Positions 47,012 through 56,149 of a stretch of DNA of 64,000 nucleotides are shown here, piece by piece (position 1 is the first letter of the stretch; each line of letters starts with the position of its first letter). The stretch covers positions 875,876-939,875 of the forward strand of contig OY969768.1 of NCBI GenBank assembly GCA_963702875.1, in the 5' to 3' direction. The translations under genes were made by a program, and so were the position numbers. This DNA comes from an uncultured Solirubrobacterales bacterium. Lineage in GTDB: Bacteria; Actinomycetota; Thermoleophilia; Solirubrobacterales; Solirubrobacteraceae. A model generated the notes under the pieces. That model saw only the letters and a list, made by a program, of their open reading frames with translations, ran no database searches and was not told the origin of the DNA.

Positions 47012-47179
47012 TTCCTACTTAGGACCGGAGGTTGCTTCCGCCCGGTCCTAGTACGCGCTTTCGTCCTCAGACGCGATGCAGTCCGCCGCCCGCACGCGCG
47101 TGCCCGGGACGTGGCGCTGCCGCGATCCTCCGGGCACCGCCGACGGGGCCCTCAGACCTACTCGCGGACCTCGGATCAG

Positions 47180-47330
47180 CGCGGGCAGTACGCCAGCAAG
47201 GCCAGCACCGCGACCGGACGCGACGCGATGCGACGCAGACGTTGGACGGGATCCTGGACGACCAGACGGTATTGCCGATTGAGGGGCACACGACCGATAC
47301 GCACGGGTACACCGAGATGGGCGCCTGCGA
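47180..47330 (+). mobile_element. Short relic of a Tn3-family transposase gene
   Basis: The in-frame peptide TLDGILDDQTVLPIEGHTTDTHGYTEM resembles the conserved ...LDGLL...L.IEEHYTDTGGYT... block of Tn3 TnpA. The surrounding sequence is not coding-like. Confidence 0.4.
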
Positions 47331-47530
47331 CCACCTGTACGGCGACCAGCCAAACATGCGCCGGCGGCAGGCGCAGATCGGGCACCCTTCTTCCAGTGAC
47401 GAACTCGTCCGGCTGCCCCGATTGCGCCGTGTGCCCGCCCGTATAGTGGCCACGTGGGCGGCACGGGCACCCCTGCAAGTTTGCGGAACTTTGGCGTCTG
47501 CGTCACCGGTCCGCGCAAGGGACAGCGCGA

Positions 47531-48175
47531 GTGATGACCCACGTGCTGCTGATCGCGTTGCCGTTGGCGTTGGCGGCGGCACTCAGCCCATCGGGCTTGC
47601 TGTTCGTCATGCTGATTCTCAGCGAGGACGAGAACCCTAAGCTCAAGGCGCTGAAGTTCGTACTCGGCGCCACTGTGTTCCTGGTCGCGTTCGCGGCGTT
47701 CATCTTCCTGACGGTCAAGCAGGCGGTCGGCGCTACCTCTCACCCGAGCAAGACGTCAGCCGTGCTCGACATCGTGTTCGCCGTCCTGATTGCCGCGATC
47801 GTCACCCGCAACTTCCTGACGCGCCACAAGACCAAGCCGGAGAAGACGCACACCCATCGCCCGTATTTGCTGCTCGGATTTGTGTACATGCTCGTTAACG
47901 TGTCCTCGCTGATTCCATTCGCCGCCGCCGTGAAGCTGATCGCCACGAGCAGGCTTGCCGTCTGGGAGCATGTCGGCGCGCTTGCGGTCATCGTCGTCGT
48001 CGCGATGTCGCTCATTGCCTTCCCGGTCGTCGTCACCTACGCGCTGCCTGAGAAGTCCCAGCGGATCCTCGGGCCGACAACCAGGTTCTTCAAGCGTTAC
48101 GGGACGACCATCGCGAACGTGTACTTCCTCATCATGGCTGTGTACCTGCTGGCGCACGGAATCGCGCACCTCTGA
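47531..48175 (+). CDS. Multi-TM membrane protein (GAP/DUF2910-like)
   Basis: 214 aa with six hydrophobic helices and visibly lower GC than the surroundings. Confidence 0.5.
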   Translation: MMTHVLLIALPLALAAALSPSGLLFVMLILSEDENPKLKALKFVLGATVFLVAFAAFIFLTVKQAVGATSHPSKTSAVLDIVFAVLIAAIVTRNFLTRHKTKPEKTHTHRPYLLLGFVYMLVNVSSLIPFAAAVKLIATSRLAVWEHVGALAVIVVVAMSLIAFPVVVTYALPEKSQRILGPTTRFFKRYGTTIANVYFLIMAVYLLAHGIAHL

Positions 48176-48402
48176 CCGAAGCATCCGACCTGCGAGGTCG
48201 CCGTCGGTGCTGACCTTGACCAGGGGTACCAACCAGCTCATGACGCCGGCCTCGCTGGTTGGGTCGAGCTCCGCGCATCACCCCGCCGCGGCCCTCGGCG
48301 CAATCCCACGATCTTCGTCGCGAAGCGGCGTGAAGGGCACGAAACTTGCGTCGCGCGCGTATCGGAACTCCACCGGACTGCTACGTGCTACGCTATATCG
48401 CG

Positions 48403-48708
48403 ATGCGTAGTAGCGATCCATCTTTACTCATCATGGCGAGTCTTGCCGAGGGCCCGAAACATGGCTATGCAATGACCCGCGACGTCGAAGAAATGGCCGG
48501 GGTCAAGCTCGGTCCCGGGACGCTCTATGGCGCGATTGCTCGCCTCGAAAAGCGCGGCCTGATCGAGCCGCTCGAAACTGAGGATCGGCGTCGGCCCTAT
48601 CGGCTGACCGGCTCCGGGGCCGCCGCGCTTCGGGAGCAGCTGACCGCGCTGGAGCGCGTGGCGAGACTCGGGCTCGGTCGTCTGTCCGCTGCCGAGCTGC
48701 GAGCATGA
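48403..48708 (+). CDS. PadR-family transcriptional regulator
   Basis: LLIMASLAEGPKHGYAMTRDVEEMAGVKLGPGTLYGAIARLEKRGLIE. Confidence 0.85.
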   Translation: MRSSDPSLLIMASLAEGPKHGYAMTRDVEEMAGVKLGPGTLYGAIARLEKRGLIEPLETEDRRRPYRLTGSGAAALREQLTALERVARLGLGRLSAAELRA

Positions 48709-49577
48709 GAAAGCGCTTGCTGTCGCTGTATCCGGAGGCGTGGCGCGATCGCTACGGGGCAGAGATGTCAGCGCTACTCGATGAAACTCCGGCCGGCGCC
48801 GCCGCCACTCTGGATCTGGTGTGGGGTGCGCTAGCGGCGCATCTGCGACCGCTATCCGACACAGCGCCGGCGACCCGCGCGAGAAGCACCATCGCCGGTG
48901 TCCTGGGCTGCTTCATTGTCTTCTGCGTCTTCGGCGCCGGCTTTGCCAAGACGACCGAGAACTACGACCACATCGAGCACGTTCATCCGCTGCTCGGCAT
49001 TTCCCACTCGCTGATCCTGACCGCTGCGATCGTCGGCGCGAGTGCGCTGGCACTGGCCGCGACGCCGCTCGTGCGCGCCTCACTGGCCCAGGCATATCGG
49101 ATGCGCGACCCGACCCTGATGAAGCTGATCGCCCTACCGCCGGCAGGGATCAGCGTGTTTGCCGGCTCGGTTGGCCTGCTCGTCCTATGGTTGAACGCTC
49201 ATCACCACCGGGGCGGCGCCGGCGGATGGTTACTGCTCGGGTTCTGCGCGCTCTGCGCTGCGGCCAGCGGCTTCGCTTGTTGGGCCGCTCCGCGCGCGAT
49301 CATGCGCCGAATCGAGATCCCACGCAGCGCATTTGCCGTCTCTGTACCGGCGATGGCGCTGGTCACGCTGTGCATGGCGGCGATCGCGCTGGCCACTGGC
49401 GCCTTTCTGGTGGGAATCCTCGCGGACTCACCCAACATCGGCGCGGCGAGCAACGGCCCCGGGCAGCTGATCGATGTCACGACGAGCATCGCGATCCAGC
49501 TCGCCGCGATGCTCGCACTTACCGCGATCGCCGCCCTCAGCGCCGTGCGCGGCCTTCGCTCCCTAGCCGCGCTATAG
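48705..49577 (+). CDS. Membrane protein co-transcribed with PadR
   Basis: The start overlaps the padR stop (ATGA). The cytoplasmic N-terminus LYPEAWRDRYGAEMSALLDE is followed by ~6 TM helices. Confidence 0.6.
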   Translation: MRKRLLSLYPEAWRDRYGAEMSALLDETPAGAAATLDLVWGALAAHLRPLSDTAPATRARSTIAGVLGCFIVFCVFGAGFAKTTENYDHIEHVHPLLGISHSLILTAAIVGASALALAATPLVRASLAQAYRMRDPTLMKLIALPPAGISVFAGSVGLLVLWLNAHHHRGGAGGWLLLGFCALCAAASGFACWAAPRAIMRRIEIPRSAFAVSVPAMALVTLCMAAIALATGAFLVGILADSPNIGAASNGPGQLIDVTTSIAIQLAAMLALTAIAALSAVRGLRSLAAL

Positions 49578-49709
49578 CCGCGCTATAGCCGCGACATCGC
49601 GGGGTAGCAACCAGTCGGGTTCCGACACGACCCGAGCGCCTGCGGACCGGGCTGTCCGATACCGACAGCCGAACTGTGATGCTCGGGGCCTGTCCTAGAG
49701 TGACGCGAT

Positions 49710-50210
49710 GTGGGTGTAATACGCCCTTGTCGCGATCTGGAGCGCTCGCGGATCCTCGAGATCGTCAACTGCGCAGCCGAGGCCTACCGTGACGTGATCC
49801 CTCCGGACCGCTGGCAGGAGCCCTACATGCCGGCGGAGGAGCTTGATCAAGAGCTCGCGGCAGGAGTGAGATTCTGGGGCTACGAGGCCGACGGCTCGCT
49901 CGTCGGGGTGATGGGAATTCAACGCGTGCGCGACGCCGGGCTGATCCGCCACGCATACGTCCTCCCCGGCAGCCAGGGTCAGGGCGTCGGTGGTGCCCTG
50001 CTCGAGCACCTGCAACGCGTTGGTACTCGACGCATGCTGGTGGGCACATGGGCGGCCGCCGAGTGGGCGATCCGCTTCTATCGCCATCACGGCTTCCAAC
50101 TAGTCGCGCCGGAGCGCACGGCCTCATTGCTAAAGGACTACTGGACGATCCCCGACCGACAGATCGCGACGTCGGTTGTGCTGGCGAAGCCCCCGTTCGC
50201 CGAAGATTGA
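49710..50210 (+). CDS. GNAT-family N-acetyltransferase
   Basis: ...RHAYVLPGSQGQGVGGALLEHL... (acetyl-CoA-binding Q/RxxGxG/A motif) ...FYRHHGFQLV. Confidence 0.75.
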   Translation: MGVIRPCRDLERSRILEIVNCAAEAYRDVIPPDRWQEPYMPAEELDQELAAGVRFWGYEADGSLVGVMGIQRVRDAGLIRHAYVLPGSQGQGVGGALLEHLQRVGTRRMLVGTWAAAEWAIRFYRHHGFQLVAPERTASLLKDYWTIPDRQIATSVVLAKPPFAED

Positions 50211-50273
50211 GTCCGCGGCGATCGGCTCGACGCGATCGTTGACAGGTACTCCATCTCGATTCAATGTCACCGC

Positions 50274-51572
50274 TCAGTCGGCGGCGCCGAGCCCGAGTCG
50301 GTCGGGTCTACCGACGATGGCCTGCTCCTCCGGGTCGGGGAAGAACCGGGTGAGCGCCCGGTCGAGCAGGCGCCGCTCGAGCTCGACGCGGGGCCGGGCG
50401 GCCTCGTCGATCTCTGCCGCGAGGTGGTCGTAGAGCGCGTGCAGTCGCCGGCCGACCTGTACCGAGCCAGCGCCGTAATGGCGGATCTCGGTCAGCCCAA
50501 GCTCCAAGTAGTCCGTCCACGTCGGCGCTCGGACACGCCCGACGGCCACGCCATCTGCGTCGAACACGAGCGCTGGCCCCGGAGCGCGGCGATTGAGCTC
50601 GAGGAGCAGCCCCTCGATTCGGTCGAGCGCCTGAACAGCGGTGGTCGGATCGTTGACCGCGGGTGACAGCGCGCGGATCGCGATATCGACGAGCATGCGC
50701 AGCAGGAATGCGGGGTCCTGGTCGATCGTGCGCTGGCGGGCCAGGACGACCACCCGCCGGGCGCGGGCGGGGTCCGGTGCGGAGTTCCCTCCATGGACAC
50801 GCAGCGTCGGGGTCCCAGGCGCGAGATACTGGCCGACCATCGGGAGGATCTCGACGAAGCCGCCCGTCTCGGACGCGAGCCGCAACAGCGCCGCGCGATC
50901 GATCGCGGCGAACACCGCGGGCGCCCCTTCGTGTGTGACCACGGCAGCCTCGCCGTCGAGCGCCATCCCCGGCACGTTTCCCGCGTGCTGCGCGCCGACG
51001 GGATGTACGTCGTCGATCACCGCGCCAGCCCGGCGCATCAAGCCGCGGAAGATCCCGCCGATCTGCGTCAGCTCGAACGCCCGTTGCACGAGCGCGACGA
51101 ACGCGCCGAGCGTGACGACGAGCAGGACCAGTCCGCAGATCACCGTCGCTATCGGGACGAAATTTCGACCCGTGCGGTCGGAGTGCCCGCCGATCGCCGC
51201 GAGCGCGAACAGCGCGTAGGTCGCGGTGGCGGTCGGGAGGGCCAAGCCGGCGATGACCACAGGATCGCGACGCAGCCGCGCCGCGAGCCTTGGCGAGTAC
51301 GACGACGTCTGGATCTGCGCGGCGACGAACACCGCCGAGAAGATGATGCCGGTGAAGGTGATCATGCCGGCCGCGAGCGCGCCGAAGATCTGCTGCACGG
51401 CGGCGGCGGCGATCGGCGAGCTCAGGCCCTCGCCCAGTTGCTCGTCGAGGACCGGGAGCACGAGCGCCAGCACGACCGCGACGACGTTCGCGACGAGCAC
51501 GGGAACCCACATCGCCGAGGCCAGCCAGAGCCGCTCTCGCAGGAAGCGACCGGGAGCCAACCCGCGACTCAC
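50274..51572 (-). CDS. DUF2254-family membrane protein
   Basis: 432 aa with an N-terminal 4-TM region followed by a soluble domain. The family assignment is from memory of the architecture. Confidence 0.5.
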   Translation of the reverse strand: MSRGLAPGRFLRERLWLASAMWVPVLVANVVAVVLALVLPVLDEQLGEGLSSPIAAAAVQQIFGALAAGMITFTGIIFSAVFVAAQIQTSSYSPRLAARLRRDPVVIAGLALPTATATYALFALAAIGGHSDRTGRNFVPIATVICGLVLLVVTLGAFVALVQRAFELTQIGGIFRGLMRRAGAVIDDVHPVGAQHAGNVPGMALDGEAAVVTHEGAPAVFAAIDRAALLRLASETGGFVEILPMVGQYLAPGTPTLRVHGGNSAPDPARARRVVVLARQRTIDQDPAFLLRMLVDIAIRALSPAVNDPTTAVQALDRIEGLLLELNRRAPGPALVFDADGVAVGRVRAPTWTDYLELGLTEIRHYGAGSVQVGRRLHALYDHLAAEIDEAARPRVELERRLLDRALTRFFPDPEEQAIVGRPDRLGLGAAD

Positions 51573-52504
51573 GGGGCGCCACCAGCCAGGCCCGGGGACT
51601 CCGCCGCGGGCGGAGGAGCCCCCGCCGGCGCGTCGCCGCGTAGTCGCAGGCCCAGCAATGGGTAGACGAGCGTCGACAGCACGGCGGCGCCCACCAACGA
51701 CGCCGCCGTGGAGGCACGCATGTGCCCGCTGCTCTCCGCCAGCGTCGTGATGGCGAGCACCAGCGGCAGCTGCGTCGAGCAGAAGAACGCAAGCGCCAGG
51801 CGGCCGCGCCGGTCGAGCACGCCGCGGTAGAGCAGCAGCGCCGGCGCGCCGCGCACGACCAGAAACAAGCCGAAGAACGCGAACATCTTGATGAGGCCCG
51901 ACACGCTCGCAAACAGCGCGTTGATGTCGAGCTGCATCCCGCTGACAACGAAGAAGAACGGAATGAACACGCCGAATGCCACCGCCGTGAGCTTCGAATC
52001 GAACCCAGGGACCTCGCGCTTCTTGAGCATCTGGCGCGTGATCAGCCCCGCCGCAAACCCGCCGAGCAGCAGATCGAGCCCCAGGTCAGAGGCGAGCAAC
52101 GCGAGCGCGAACACGAGCACCACGATCCAGCGGACCGCCAGCTGCGAACTCTTCTCAAGCGTGCTCTCGAACAGCGAGACCGTCCGATCCGAAGCGCGCA
52201 CGGCGACCAGGGCTACCCCGACTGCCAGCGCCACGAACGCAACCAGGATCGCGGCATTGTGAAGCGCGCTCTGCGTCGACAGAATCAGCGTGATCAGAAG
52301 GATCGGCCCGAACTCGCCGACCGCTCCGGCGCCCAGCAGATAGGTGCCAAAGGGCGTCTTGAGCTCGCCCGAGCCCGACAGGATCGGGATCAGCGTCCCG
52401 ATCGCCGTCGTCGCGATCGCCGAGCCCGTATAGAGCAGCGACAACACGATGCCGACCGCCGCGAGCACGCCGCCAATCGTGTACGCCAGCGCCAGCGAGA
52501 TCAC
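51569..52504 (-). CDS. Cation:proton antiporter (CPA2-like), possibly N-terminally short
   Basis: TM-rich 311 aa with GELKTPFGTYLLGAGAVGEFGPILLITL and KLTAVAFGVFIPFFFVVSGMQLD. Overlaps the downstream gene by 4 nt. Confidence 0.6.
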   Translation of the reverse strand: MISLALAYTIGGVLAAVGIVLSLLYTGSAIATTAIGTLIPILSGSGELKTPFGTYLLGAGAVGEFGPILLITLILSTQSALHNAAILVAFVALAVGVALVAVRASDRTVSLFESTLEKSSQLAVRWIVVLVFALALLASDLGLDLLLGGFAAGLITRQMLKKREVPGFDSKLTAVAFGVFIPFFFVVSGMQLDINALFASVSGLIKMFAFFGLFLVVRGAPALLLYRGVLDRRGRLALAFFCSTQLPLVLAITTLAESSGHMRASTAASLVGAAVLSTLVYPLLGLRLRGDAPAGAPPPAAESPGLAGGAP

Positions 52505-52561
52505 CCAGCCGAGCGCGCCGAGGCGAAGCGGCCGGCCGGCTCGAGTAGGGTGCAGCGTGAG

Positions 52562-54133
52562 ATGGGGATCCGATCAAGCGCAGTGGGGCTGACTGCGATC
52601 GTCGCTGCCGCTCTCGGGTGCGCTGCGGCCGGACCGGCATCGGCCGCCCAATTCACGATCGACTCGCACGCGAGCTCGATCGGCCCGATCGTCACCGACG
52701 CGGCCGGCAACGGCTACATCGCCTGGGAGCGAGCGGGCAGTGGCGCGAGCACCCCGACGTTCTGCAAGCTCTCGCCGGTAGCCACCAAATGCGCTCATCC
52801 GATCACGCTGGCGCTTCCCGGCGGCGCCCAGAGCTCCGAGAACCAAGCGCTGGCGCTGTTCCCGATTCTCGGCCCCGGCAAGGTGGTGTGGATCGTGACC
52901 GACCGTTACGTCAGGAACGACACGGTGATTTGGACCTCGACCAACGGCGGTAAGAGCTTCGGCGCGCCGCACGACATCCCCAGCGGCGAGGTGTGCCGGG
53001 TCGGCGCACCCTGCCAGGACAGCGTTCCGTACACCGACCTCACAGGCCTCGATGACACTCAGCCGATCACTGACAGCGGCGACACCTACAACCGCCAGAG
53101 CTCGGTCGGACCGGCCGTGGCGTTCCTGCAGAGCTCGCACGGTCCCGGCCTGGGATGGGATTGGGACGCGACGGATGTCGTCGACCAGTTCGAGCCGGGC
53201 GTATCGGAGTTCACATTCTCACGCGCCGCGTCGTTCATCGACATCGTCGACTCGGCGCTCGGGACCACGACCACAGGTGACGTGGTGGAGGCCTACACGT
53301 CTGATGGTCCTCGCAACGATGCCGTGCAGTACTTCTCCTACGCTCACTCGGCCGCGCACCCATCGGTTCTCGACGCCACTCAGGCAGGTTGGAAGGGCCC
53401 GGGGTCCTTCGCCGACAGCTACGCCCCGCGGCTTGCAGACGGCCGTTCAGGTCTGTTCATGGTCTCGGCGAGCGATCCGACAGGAAAGCCCCAATCGATT
53501 GACCTGCGCCGATGGAATGCCAACACCCACAGCTTCGCGGCCCCCAGACGAATCGCCGGAATTGCGTCTGCCGACGACGGAGACGGTGGTGGGCTGGGCG
53601 AGAACTACGACACGGGCGAGCTGGCAGCCGTCTGGCCGACGGCGACCGCGAGCGGCTCCGATCTGATCAGCCTGCGCGTGTCGGTCGGCGGCGGAACGCA
53701 TTTCTCGCCTCCTGAGGACATCGCCAAGGTCGCGAGCGACTACGGTGGATTTGGCACAGCGCGTGTGGCAATCGCGGACAGCGGCACCGGGTTCGTCACC
53801 TTCGAGGACTCACGCGGCTTGGAGGTCGCCGACCTCGAGCCGATAGCGGCTCAGTATTCCGGCATGCATTCAACCGGGAAGACCCTGGCCGTGCCGGTGA
53901 CCTGCTCGGCGCCCACACATCCGTGCACTGCGAAGCTGTTGCTGAGCCTGAAGGGAATCACCATCGGCCAGACCTCAAGCATTCGCGCCGGCGTCACCCG
54001 GACGCTGAGACTCAAGCTGACGCCGGCCGCGCTCAACGCGCTCAAGCACGGTCACCCCCGCGGCACCCTCACGCTGAAGCTGTCTTCGCACGGAACCAGC
54101 CTCTACCGGCTCGTCCTGCACCCCAGGCTGTAG
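52562..54133 (+). CDS. Large secreted hypothetical protein
   Basis: ATG 52562 gives the signal peptide MGIRSSAVGLTAIVAAALGCAAAGPASA. The upstream part of ORF 51722..54133 is antisense to the antiporter. The C-terminal Cys-x-Cys module is shared with 19151..19822. Confidence 0.6.
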   Translation: MGIRSSAVGLTAIVAAALGCAAAGPASAAQFTIDSHASSIGPIVTDAAGNGYIAWERAGSGASTPTFCKLSPVATKCAHPITLALPGGAQSSENQALALFPILGPGKVVWIVTDRYVRNDTVIWTSTNGGKSFGAPHDIPSGEVCRVGAPCQDSVPYTDLTGLDDTQPITDSGDTYNRQSSVGPAVAFLQSSHGPGLGWDWDATDVVDQFEPGVSEFTFSRAASFIDIVDSALGTTTTGDVVEAYTSDGPRNDAVQYFSYAHSAAHPSVLDATQAGWKGPGSFADSYAPRLADGRSGLFMVSASDPTGKPQSIDLRRWNANTHSFAAPRRIAGIASADDGDGGGLGENYDTGELAAVWPTATASGSDLISLRVSVGGGTHFSPPEDIAKVASDYGGFGTARVAIADSGTGFVTFEDSRGLEVADLEPIAAQYSGMHSTGKTLAVPVTCSAPTHPCTAKLLLSLKGITIGQTSSIRAGVTRTLRLKLTPAALNALKHGHPRGTLTLKLSSHGTSLYRLVLHPRL

Positions 54134-54227
54134 CCGTCAGGGCGGCGCTCGGTCACGCGAGGAAGGGCTACAGGCAGGCTCCGACGAGAGCCCACCGCCC
54201 GTCGCCTCCTCGCCCCAGGCGCTGACG

Positions 54228-54320
54228 ATGCAGCTGGCCGCCCTCAGCAAGATGCACGGCGGCGGGAAGCTCAGCGACGAGCAGTTCGCGACCGCGAAGG
54301 CCAAGCTGCTCGGCCGCTGA
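54228..54320 (+). CDS. Mini-ORF resembling a SHOCT domain (30 aa)
   Basis: MQLAALSKMHGGGKLSDEQFATAKAKLLGR, comparable to the SHOCT pattern L..L...G.L.deEF...K.kLL. Confidence 0.3.
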   Translation: MQLAALSKMHGGGKLSDEQFATAKAKLLGR

Positions 54321-54341
54321 GACCTCGAGTCGGGCCTCAGC

Positions 54342-56042
54342 TCATGCGGTCGCGCCGTCGGCCATCGGATAGGCCGAGATGGCGATTTCCTTGCGGGTGA
54401 TGAATTCGAGGAGGGCGGGCGTGCCAGCCTCGGTCTGCGCGATGCCACGCCGGATCGCGGGTTCGATCTGTGCCGGGTCAGTGACTCGCTCGCCATAGCC
54501 GCCCAACGCCCGCGCGGCCGCGGCGTAGTCACCGCTGATGTCGGTCGATCGATACCGCTCGGTGGCGATCGGCATGACCGGCAGCTCGATCGCCATCGAG
54601 AAATTGTTCAGCAGAATCGAGAGGATCGGAATTCGCTCCCGAACAGCTGTCTCGAAGTCCATTCCCGTGAATCCGATCGCCGAGTCGCCCCACACGTTGA
54701 TACACAGCTTCTCCGGCGCGGCGAGCTTGGCACCCAAAGCGAGGCCCAAGCCGTAACCCAACTGCGTGGTCTTGCCCCAACCGAGGTACGACAGCGGTGT
54801 CGTACAGCTCCAGAACGGCGACAGCTGGTCGCGCGGGCTGCCCGCATCATGCGTGATGATCGTCGCGGCGACGTCGACGATCGCATGAAGGTCGCGAAGC
54901 ACACGGTAGGGGCTGAGTGGCATCCCGTCGTCATCGAGCTTCGGGCGCCATTCCTGTAGCCATGCGGACCTCGCCTGTGCGATCTCCGCAGCGATCGCCT
55001 CACGGCGACCGCGGGGCCCGTCCCCCGATCGCTCGCGCACGGCCTCGATCAGCGCCGCGAGGATCAGCTTCGCATCGCCGACGACCGCATGCGTGACCGG
55101 GAGATCCTTGTTTAGATCGGCGGGATCGAGCGTTGAATGGATCACCGTCTTACCGCTGGGGAAAGGCACCCCGTACAGCGTCGACGCGAACGAGCAGCCG
55201 ACGCCGAAGAGCACATCGCAGCGCCACAAGAAGTCGATTACCGGTCTCGGGTACGCGCGACCGCCAGAGCCAAGCGCAAGCGGGTGCGTCTCCGGGAAGG
55301 CGCTCTTGCCCTCGAGACTGGTCGTGACCGGCGCTTCGAGAAGCTCAGCGAGAGCCAGCAGCTCCGGCCAAGCCTTGGCGTAGTGAATGCCCTGCCCCGC
55401 GTAGATGACCGGCCGCTCAGCGCCGAGGAGCGCGGCCGCGACAGCATCAATCGCCGCAGGGTCCGGACCCGACCGCGCCACCGGCACCGGTTCGTAGTCG
55501 ACATCGACCGGCAACGAGCGTTTCAGCAGGTCCTGCGGGAACTCGACCATCACTGGGCGAGGTCGACCGTTTCTGACCTGTGTGAACGCGCGGCGGAGCG
55601 CTGCTGGGGCGTTAGCAGCCTCGCTCACGTACTCGACCGACTTCGTGACGTGCTGAAAATTGAGGTAGGCGTTGAAGTTGGGTGGTGTAAACGCGACGTC
55701 ACTGTCATAGCCGGCGGGCAGCACGACGATCGGCGACGACTCGCCGAACGCCTGTGCGACTCCTCCGAATGCGTTTTCCGTCCCTGGGCCGTGCTGCATC
55801 GCAAACACACCGATCTTCTCGCGGGAGTGCACACGGCTGTAGCCATCTGCCATGTGCAGACCCACCCGCTCCTGTCGCACGACGATCGGCCTGATGCCGG
55901 CGCGCGCGGCGGCCTCGATGATCGGATTGACCGGGTAGCAGAACAGGACCTCGACGCCCTCGCGGCGCAAGATCTCAACCACGGCATCGTCCACTCTAGT
56001 CCCGCGAGCAAGCCTGCTTGTGGTGGAGGCGTCTGTACCCAA
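54342..56042 (-). CDS. Thiamine-diphosphate-dependent enzyme (acetolactate-synthase-like family)
   Basis: 566 aa. N-terminal Pyr domain (VEVLFCYPVNPIIEAA...HGPGTENAFGGVAQAF) and C-terminal PP domain (GLGLALGAKLAAPEKLCINVWGDSAIGF). Confidence 0.75.
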   Translation of the reverse strand: MGTDASTTSRLARGTRVDDAVVEILRREGVEVLFCYPVNPIIEAAARAGIRPIVVRQERVGLHMADGYSRVHSREKIGVFAMQHGPGTENAFGGVAQAFGESSPIVVLPAGYDSDVAFTPPNFNAYLNFQHVTKSVEYVSEAANAPAALRRAFTQVRNGRPRPVMVEFPQDLLKRSLPVDVDYEPVPVARSGPDPAAIDAVAAALLGAERPVIYAGQGIHYAKAWPELLALAELLEAPVTTSLEGKSAFPETHPLALGSGGRAYPRPVIDFLWRCDVLFGVGCSFASTLYGVPFPSGKTVIHSTLDPADLNKDLPVTHAVVGDAKLILAALIEAVRERSGDGPRGRREAIAAEIAQARSAWLQEWRPKLDDDGMPLSPYRVLRDLHAIVDVAATIITHDAGSPRDQLSPFWSCTTPLSYLGWGKTTQLGYGLGLALGAKLAAPEKLCINVWGDSAIGFTGMDFETAVRERIPILSILLNNFSMAIELPVMPIATERYRSTDISGDYAAAARALGGYGERVTDPAQIEPAIRRGIAQTEAGTPALLEFITRKEIAISAYPMADGATA

Positions 56043-56149
56043 CTGGTTCGTTAGTCGTTCTGCGGGAGGCGAGCGGCCGGAGCCATCGCCATCGTCGGCA
56101 CCGATGCACCAGACGACAAGTATCTCGTGATCTAACCGTGCTCACGTGT

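Noticed and set aside
49564-49590. An 11-nt unit (TAGCCGCGCTA) duplicated in tandem at the stop codon of 48705..49577.
   Set aside because: It is too short to assign meaning. It is probably a slippage duplication, and the stop codon is preserved either way.
51569-52504. The CPA2-like antiporter looks N-terminally short (311 aa), and the divergent neighbour starts 58 nt upstream.
   Set aside because: I cannot decide between truncation and a naturally short homologue without an alignment. There is no frame-shifted continuation or fragment upstream.
51722-52561. N-terminal 280 codons of ORF 51722..54133.
   Set aside because: They are antisense to the CPA2-like antiporter and very Arg/Glu/Asp-rich. 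The ATG at 52562 gives a clean signal peptide.
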